Source: an uncultured Bacillota bacterium
Lineage (GTDB): Bacteria > Bacillota_I > Bacilli_A > RF39 > UBA660
DNA length: 33,321 nt
Assembly (NCBI GenBank): GCA_946540075.1
Contig: CAMNHZ010000003.1
Span: forward strand, 1-33,321
Direction of reading: 5' to 3'
Numbering within the stretch: position 1 is the stretch's first letter; each line of letters starts with the position of its first letter. Shown here piece by piece: positions 27,701 to 33,321 of this stretch. A model generated the notes under the pieces. It was not told the DNA's origin and ran no database searches. It worked only from the letters and a program-made list of their open reading frames with translations. Made by a program: the position numbers and the translations under genes.

Positions 27701-27773
27701 CATTTTTTTATAAAAAATATTGCTTTTCCACATGTTTTGTGTTATTATGAATATGCGTTGTTTTAATGCATAT

Positions 27774-27850
27774 GGGGAATTAGCTCAGTTGGCTAGAGCA
27801 CCTGCCTTGCACGCAGGGGGTCAAGGGTTCGAGTCCCTTATTCTCCACCA
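27774..27850 (+). tRNA. tRNA-Ala(TGC)
   Basis: GGGGAAT/ATTCTCC with G3:U70, anticodon arm CCTGC-CTTGCAC-GCAGG, TTCGAGT, encoded CCA; promoter TTGCTT-17-TATTAT 27720-27748. Confidence 0.96.
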
Positions 27851-27861
27851 TATTGTTATTT

Positions 27862-27888
27862 AACCTTTATAAAATAAAGGTTTTTTTT
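27862..27888 (+). terminator. Intrinsic terminator
   Basis: AACCTTTAT-AAA-ATAAAGGTT followed by a T-tract. Confidence 0.8.
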
Positions 27889-27968
27889 ATTTTTCTTTTT
27901 ATATTCTCTTAAAATTATCTTAAAAATCTTTAAGATACATGGTATAATTATAATAAGGAGGGGTTTAG

Positions 27969-29123
27969 ATGTTAAAAACTGGTGTAGGATATAGTAAACT
28001 TACAGACGCAATGGAGGCAGGTACTGAGGCAGCAACAAAGGCAATGGCAATTGTAAAAACTCCTAAAGTAGCTATGTTATTCACCTCTGAAAAATATCAA
28101 CAAGAAGAGGTAGTAGTAGGAGTAAAAGATGTTGTTGGGGATATTCCAATAATAGGATGTACATCATCAGATGGTATAATTGTTCCAGAAGGTATTATTA
28201 CTGCAGATATGCCATTTGTCGGAATAATGATTATTGAAGAACCTAATATGATTGTTTCAACTGCAGGGTCCAACATGAAGAAAAATGCACGTGAAACAGG
28301 TCAAATTGTAGCAGTTGAAGCTATAAAGGAATCAAAATTAAAGAAGGTACCATCATACTTTTATGTAACATCAACACCTGGTGACGAAGAAGAATATATT
28401 AAGGGAATTCAAGATGTAATAGGAAATGTTCCATGTTTTGGTGGAAGTGCATCTGCAAATAAAAAACATAAAGTTTTTTCTGATGTTAATGTATATAAAA
28501 ACGGTGTGGCAGTAGCTTTCTTCTATACAAATAAGAAAATTGTTAATAAATTTGACGGAAACTATACTGAAACTAATGATGTTGGTATTATTACTAAAGT
28601 AGATAAAAAAAGAGTTTTAAAAACAATAGATGGTAAGCCAGCAATAGAAAAGTATATGGAATGGACTGGTAAAGAATTAGATTCTCTAAAAGGAAATAAT
28701 ATTTTATCACAAACAGTTTTATCTCCAATAGGAATTAAGGATCCACTAGGAGATTTGATCTTGGTTCGTCAATCGCTATTTGGTAATGGTGATTCGTCTA
28801 TTAATATGAGTAATAATTTAGCTGTTAATACAGCAGCAATCAGATTGGAAACTACAGTTGATGGATTAATAGAATCGACTGAAAAATTATTAAGTGAGGT
28901 TAGAAAAAGTATAAAAGTGCCTTCAGGATATTTTATGATTCATAGTGTTGGAAGAAAGATAGGTATAGATGATAGACTTGAAGAAGTTTACAAAAGAATC
29001 CTAAAAGAAGCAAATGGTAAACCATTTATAGTAGGTTTTACTTCATGTGAATATGGTTCTAAAAATCATAGTGGAAATGCTTGTGGAAGTTTAATGTTGT
29101 CTTTTACAGGGTTTAGTGAATAA
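27969..29123 (+). CDS. Stand-alone FIST (NosP-like) sensory-domain protein
   Basis: GVGYS...AG.EAA, PIIGCTS, PCFGGSA, R.L..IDGKPA, GF...EYG. Confidence 0.8.
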   Translation: MLKTGVGYSKLTDAMEAGTEAATKAMAIVKTPKVAMLFTSEKYQQEEVVVGVKDVVGDIPIIGCTSSDGIIVPEGIITADMPFVGIMIIEEPNMIVSTAGSNMKKNARETGQIVAVEAIKESKLKKVPSYFYVTSTPGDEEEYIKGIQDVIGNVPCFGGSASANKKHKVFSDVNVYKNGVAVAFFYTNKKIVNKFDGNYTETNDVGIITKVDKKRVLKTIDGKPAIEKYMEWTGKELDSLKGNNILSQTVLSPIGIKDPLGDLILVRQSLFGNGDSSINMSNNLAVNTAAIRLETTVDGLIESTEKLLSEVRKSIKVPSGYFMIHSVGRKIGIDDRLEEVYKRILKEANGKPFIVGFTSCEYGSKNHSGNACGSLMLSFTGFSE

Positions 29124-29135
29124 AAGGGTGAGAAT

Positions 29136-30521
29136 ATGAAGAATTTAATTGGTAAAAATTGGGTTGATAGTAATTCCGATAATGTAATTGAAGTAAGAAA
29201 TCCAGCAACTAATGAATTGATAGATGTTGTATATGGCGCAAGTGAAAAGGATGTAACACTTGCTGTCTCAGAAGCAAAAAAAGCATATAATTATTGGGCA
29301 AATATTTCTGTATTTGAAAGAGGAGAAATAATGAGAAAATTTTCTGTTTTACTAAAGGAAAATATTTCTTCATTAGCACAATTATTATCAAGAGAAACCG
29401 GTAAACCAATTAATGAGGCTTATTCTGAAATAAATAGAACTAATTTTATTATAAATGAATATATTGAGGAGTCTAGACATTTATTAGAAAATGTAAAAGA
29501 AAATAATGATATATATAATAATACAAAAGAAATTCATTTTGAACAACGAACTCCAATTGGTGTAGTTGCATGTATTATGCCATTTAATTTGCCTAGTTAT
29601 GTGTTTAGTAAAAAGGTAATTCCAGCTATTATAATGGGAAATGTTGTAGTTTTAAAACCATCATCAAACGCACCTTTAACTCTAACTAAATATGTTGAGC
29701 TTATGATAGAATCAGGTATTCCATATGGGGTTATTCAAGTGTTAAATGGAACAGGTGATACTGTTGGAGTGGAAATTACAAAAAATCAAGGTATTGATCT
29801 AATAAGTCTAACAGGAAAAAGGGAAACAGGAGTATTGCTAAAAGAACAAGTAAAATCTAATTCGACAATTTTATCGTTAAATCTTAGCAGTAATGATTGT
29901 TTTATAGTATGTGAAGATGCAGATATAACTTCTGCAGTAGAAGAAACTTTAAAATGTAGACTTTATAATACTGGACAAGTTTGTTATGGTGGAAAGAGAT
30001 TTCTGATTCATAATAGTTTAAAAGATAAATTTGTTTCTAGTCTATCTTCAAAAATGAGAACATTAAAAATAGGTAATCCAATAGATCCTAAAGTAAATAT
30101 AGGGTGCTTAATAAATGAAAAAGCCGCAATCAATGTTCAAAATCAAGTAAACAAAACTATTCAAGAGGGAGCCAAAATAGTTGTTGGTGGACGTCGTCGT
30201 GGTGCTTATTTTGAACCTACCATTCTATCAAATATAACAAGTGATATGTCAATTGCTAAAGATATGGAAATATGTGGACCTGTTATTCCAATAATAGGTT
30301 ATGATGATATTGAAGAAGCAATTAAAATTGCTAATCAATCAGAAAAGACATTAAGTGGTAGTATAATTACAAAAAATATAGATACAGCCATTAAGATTTC
30401 AAAAAAACTTAATGCAGAAAAGATAGTTATAAATGGATCGTTACTATTTGAGACAGATGCAAAAATTACTGATTTAACTGAAATGACTCATGTAAAAACA
30501 ATAGTTTTAAGGAATGTATAA
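29136..30521 (+). CDS. Aldehyde dehydrogenase-family protein with degenerate active site
   Basis: ETGKP, PIGVV...PFNLP, KPSS, GQVC283 retained; LELGGND replaced by LNLSSND; C-terminal PFGG..SG motif absent. Confidence 0.85.
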   Translation: MKNLIGKNWVDSNSDNVIEVRNPATNELIDVVYGASEKDVTLAVSEAKKAYNYWANISVFERGEIMRKFSVLLKENISSLAQLLSRETGKPINEAYSEINRTNFIINEYIEESRHLLENVKENNDIYNNTKEIHFEQRTPIGVVACIMPFNLPSYVFSKKVIPAIIMGNVVVLKPSSNAPLTLTKYVELMIESGIPYGVIQVLNGTGDTVGVEITKNQGIDLISLTGKRETGVLLKEQVKSNSTILSLNLSSNDCFIVCEDADITSAVEETLKCRLYNTGQVCYGGKRFLIHNSLKDKFVSSLSSKMRTLKIGNPIDPKVNIGCLINEKAAINVQNQVNKTIQEGAKIVVGGRRRGAYFEPTILSNITSDMSIAKDMEICGPVIPIIGYDDIEEAIKIANQSEKTLSGSIITKNIDTAIKISKKLNAEKIVINGSLLFETDAKITDLTEMTHVKTIVLRNV

Positions 30522-30522
30522 G

Positions 30523-30548
30523 AAAACTACTAATTAGTAGTTTTTTTT
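30523..30548 (+). terminator. Intrinsic terminator
   Basis: AAAACTACT-AATT-AGTAGTTTT followed by Ts. Confidence 0.75.
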
Positions 30549-30591
30549 CTAAAATAAATTTAGAATAATAGAATTATAGTAGGTGATTCTT

Positions 30592-30816
30592 ATGTTATTT
30601 AGAATCTTTATGTTTTTAGTAGGTTTTGGTTTATCTATTATAGGATTTGTTTACATTATAAGTTATCTAAATTTACTTGATGTAGGGTATAATTTTTTAT
30701 ATTATGTTAATTTTATAATTAGACGTATAGAGTGTTTATATGCACCTATTGGAATATTAATAATATTCTTATCTTTGTATATGCCGAAGGGAGATAATAA
30801 TGAACTACATATATGA
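30592..30816 (+). CDS. Small membrane protein of unknown function
   Basis: Two hydrophobic segments, YLNLL..GY...RIEC; RBS AGGTGA, ATG 30592 (track GTG 30583); overlaps the next gene. Confidence 0.65.
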   Translation: MLFRIFMFLVGFGLSIIGFVYIISYLNLLDVGYNFLYYVNFIIRRIECLYAPIGILIIFLSLYMPKGDNNELHI

Positions 30817-31432
30817 TATATTTCTTAATTTTAATACGGAATTATATGACTTTTTTGATTGGAATTCAAACGATAATATGATTCATATCAAAAAAATCCC
30901 AATATATAGAGTTAGTACAAAAGTATTAAATGATATGAGACTAAGGCAAATAAAAATTGAAAAAAACAGATTGGAAGAAATAGAGAATAAAACAGAACTT
31001 TTTAGTAGATTAAAGAATACTTCACTAAAATATGCTGCCTTATTTACTGATACTGAAGATGTATTAGCTTTAACATTTGATAGGCAAGGTAATTCAGTTC
31101 AAAGAAGTAAACTATTAATTGATGAAGATATAGAAGTATTAGAGTGTAGTAGTCGTTATAAATTGGTAAATATAAGATATACATCAAAAAAAGCATTACA
31201 TATAAATGATTTAGAAACACGAAGACAAAGAAATGTTGATCAAATAATATTTAAAGAATTAAGTAAACTTTATAAAAGCAAAAACTATGAAACACTAGAA
31301 TATTTGTACTACGAATTATTTAATCAAAAAGAAAGAAATATCAATATAGTTTATAGTAAACTAAAGAAATGTATTAAGAAATATAATAAACAGATGACAA
31401 CTTTTTTAGATTTGATATCCCAAAACAATTGA
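30800..31432 (+). CDS. yjbA: YjbA / DUF3603-family protein
   Basis: YIYDIFLNF...YDFFDW...DNMIHIKKIP, FTD, RSKL..DE, TRR, LEYLYYELF; recognised from memory. Confidence 0.7.
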   Translation: MNYIYDIFLNFNTELYDFFDWNSNDNMIHIKKIPIYRVSTKVLNDMRLRQIKIEKNRLEEIENKTELFSRLKNTSLKYAALFTDTEDVLALTFDRQGNSVQRSKLLIDEDIEVLECSSRYKLVNIRYTSKKALHINDLETRRQRNVDQIIFKELSKLYKSKNYETLEYLYYELFNQKERNINIVYSKLKKCIKKYNKQMTTFLDLISQNN

Positions 31433-31469
31433 TTAATTAGTATTAATATGTTAAAATAATTAAAATAAA

Positions 31470-31677
31470 AACAAGGAAGTGGACGAGTAATATAAGAAAC
31501 AGTTAATAGAAAGCCAGAATGATGGAAGCTGGTAATATGTCTTATATGAATAACACCATGGAGTTGTAAGTCAGAAGTAGTAGTATGATTTACCGGTTAA
31601 AACCGTTATCTAAATTAAGTAAGTTATTTTAAGGGTGGTACCGTATGATTAACATGCCCCTTATAATAACTTTTTTT
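31470..31677 (+). promoter_or_regulatory. T-box riboswitch (Asn), transcription-attenuation type
   Basis: AGTA/GAA loop-E, AGAAAG and GATGGAAG distal stem I motifs, specifier AAC at 31552-31554, T-box AAGGGTGGTACCG 31631-31643, terminator ending CCCCTTATAATAAC-T7; precedes asnS. Confidence 0.9.
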
Positions 31678-31697
31678 GTTTATTGGGAGGAGAAAAT

Positions 31698-33080
31698 ATG
31701 AAATTAGATGTTAAAGAATTATATCAAAATATCAATATGTATATGAATAAAGAAGTTATATTACAAGGATGGATTAGAAATCATCGTAAACAAAAAGATT
31801 TTGGATTTATAGATTTTCATGATGGAACATATTTTAAATCAGTTCAAGTTGTTTATGATAATAAGATTAAAAACTTTGATGATATAACTAAATATCACAT
31901 AGGTTCATCTATTATGGTAAAAGGAAAAGTAATAGAATCCCCTGCTAAGGGACAATTGTTTGAAATTCAAGCAGCTGACATTATATTAGAAGGAGATTGT
32001 CCTGAAGATTATCCAATTCAACCTAAAAGACATTCTAGAGAGTTTTTACGTGAACAAGCCTATTTACGTCCAAGAACTAATTTATTTCAAGCTGTATTTA
32101 GAGTAAGAAGTGTAGCCGCTATGGCAATTCATGAATATTTTCAATCTCATGGATATGTTTATGTTCATACACCACTAATAACTACAACTGATTGTGAAGG
32201 ATCAGATCAAATGTTTAAAGTTACAACTTTAGATTTAAATAATTTACCTATTAAAGAGGGATCTGTAGATATGTCTAAAGATTTATTTGGTAAACAAGCC
32301 TATATTACAGGTACAGGTCAATTACATGGTGAAGCATTTGCTTTAGCGTTCAAGAAGATTTATACATTTGGACCAACATTTAGAACTGAAAACTCTAATA
32401 CAAAAGTTCATGCTAATGAGTTTTGGATGATAGAACCAGAAATAGCATTTTGTGATTTAGAAGGTTTGATGAATATAGAAGAGGAAATGTTAAAATCAGT
32501 TGTTAATTATGTACTTGATAAATGTGAATCAGAAATAGAATTCTTAGATAAATTTGTTGAAAAGGGATTAAAAGAAAAATTAACTAAATTAGTAAATTCT
32601 GATTTTGTCAGAATATCTCATCATGATGTGATTGATATTTTAAAAAGTGCAAAAGTAAAATGGGAATTCACACCAAGTTATGAAGACGACATAGCAAAAG
32701 AACATGAAAAATATATTACTGAATACTTTAATTGTCCAGTATTTATAACAAATTGGCCAAAAGATATAAAGGCATGGTATATGAAATTAAATGATGATGG
32801 AAAAACTGTTGCAGCTGTTGATTTAGAAGTTCCAGGTGCAGGAGAATTGATGGGCGGATCTGAGCGTGAAGCTGATTATGATAAATTACGTTCTCGTATG
32901 AAAGAAATGAATGTTCAATACGAACCAGTTGAATGGTTTTGTAATTTAAGAAAATTCGGAGGATGTTATCATTCTGGATTTGGTATGGGATTTGAAAGAT
33001 TATTGATTTATTTAACAGGTGTAGAAAACATTCGTGATGTCATTCCATTCCCACGTACTCCAGGAAACTGTGAGTTTTAA
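31698..33080 (+). CDS. asnS: Asparagine--tRNA ligase
   Basis: OB-fold GWIR, YLRPRTN, YTFGPTFRTENSNT..HANEFWMIEPE, GFGMGFERL, NIRDVIPFPRTP; ATG 31698 (track TTG 31683). Confidence 0.95.
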   Translation: MKLDVKELYQNINMYMNKEVILQGWIRNHRKQKDFGFIDFHDGTYFKSVQVVYDNKIKNFDDITKYHIGSSIMVKGKVIESPAKGQLFEIQAADIILEGDCPEDYPIQPKRHSREFLREQAYLRPRTNLFQAVFRVRSVAAMAIHEYFQSHGYVYVHTPLITTTDCEGSDQMFKVTTLDLNNLPIKEGSVDMSKDLFGKQAYITGTGQLHGEAFALAFKKIYTFGPTFRTENSNTKVHANEFWMIEPEIAFCDLEGLMNIEEEMLKSVVNYVLDKCESEIEFLDKFVEKGLKEKLTKLVNSDFVRISHHDVIDILKSAKVKWEFTPSYEDDIAKEHEKYITEYFNCPVFITNWPKDIKAWYMKLNDDGKTVAAVDLEVPGAGELMGGSEREADYDKLRSRMKEMNVQYEPVEWFCNLRKFGGCYHSGFGMGFERLLIYLTGVENIRDVIPFPRTPGNCEF

Positions 33081-33107
33081 TGCACATTATATAGTAATAA
33101 AAAAATT

Positions 33108-33131
33108 AAGGACTAACCCAGTCCTTTTTTT
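33108..33131 (+). terminator. Intrinsic terminator
   Basis: AAGGACT-AACCC-AGTCCTT followed by a T-tract. Confidence 0.8.
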
Positions 33132-33154
33132 CATATTCTTTTATAGGTGATATT

Positions 33155-33321
33155 ATGAAGAAATTATTTGTAGGATTATGTTTGTTTAGTTTATTATTAA
33201 CCAACAAAGTACAAGCAATAACTACAGGTGCTAAATCAGTTATATTAATGGATCAAGATAGTAAGAGAATACTATATCAAAAGAATATTAATGAGGTAAG
33301 AAGTGTTGCATCTATATCTAA
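33155..33321 (+). CDS. D-alanyl-D-alanine carboxypeptidase (DacB/DacF-like), partial, runs off the window; not in the ORF track
   Basis: Manual translation MKKLFVGLCLFSLLLTNKVQAITTGAKSVILMDQDSKRILYQKNINEVRSVASIS..., i.e. signal peptide and start of the SxxK motif; RBS AGGTGA. Confidence 0.8.
   Translation, partial: MKKLFVGLCLFSLLLTNKVQAITTGAKSVILMDQDSKRILYQKNINEVRSVASIS

Noticed and set aside
25630-27850. tRNA-flanked genomic island (licD-ttcA)
   Set aside because: No integrase, no duplicated tRNA 3' end, no visible compositional shift.
26534-29409. Minus-strand ORFs at 26534-26743 and 29209-29409
   Set aside because: Antisense shadows of licD and the ALDH gene.
1-33321. Mycoplasma-type UGA=Trp recoding
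   Set aside because: TGA ends conserved genes at expected positions (P-type ATPase, agrA, agrB, yqfD) and Trp is encoded by TGG.

Overview
33.3-kb chromosomal window of a very AT-rich Firmicute read in the standard bacterial code (TGA used as stop). The N-domain-less ClpB under CIRCE control, together with peptidoglycan hydrolases and sporulation genes (yqfC, yqfD, yjbA/DUF3603, a dacB-like gene), suggests a genome-reduced, probably spore-forming Bacilli lineage such as RF39-like gut bacteria; this is inference, not a database result. Contents: clpB and hsp20, each with a CIRCE operator; a TetR / MMPL / heptad-repeat cassette; an RluA synthase; an orphan kinase-like protein; an amidase-LysM3 and a glucosaminidase; a transposase-like HTH; a Ca2+ P-type ATPase; an amine-dehydrogenase-like gene; csp and hpf; yqfCD-vanZ-ybeY-dgkA-dgkA; tRNA-Arg(ACG) and tRNA-Ala(TGC); a degenerate LicD; ttcA; FIST plus a degenerate ALDH; an Asn T-box with asnS. 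The standout is a complete agr-type quorum-sensing locus in convergent arrangement (agrA-agrC >< agrD-agrB). Its 40-aa AgrD precursor (20281-20403, minus strand) is missing from the ORF track and predicts an all-aliphatic six-residue thiolactone, CVIVVA. Candidate LytTR direct repeats lie at the agrB promoter. No intact mobile element, prophage or CRISPR array was seen.
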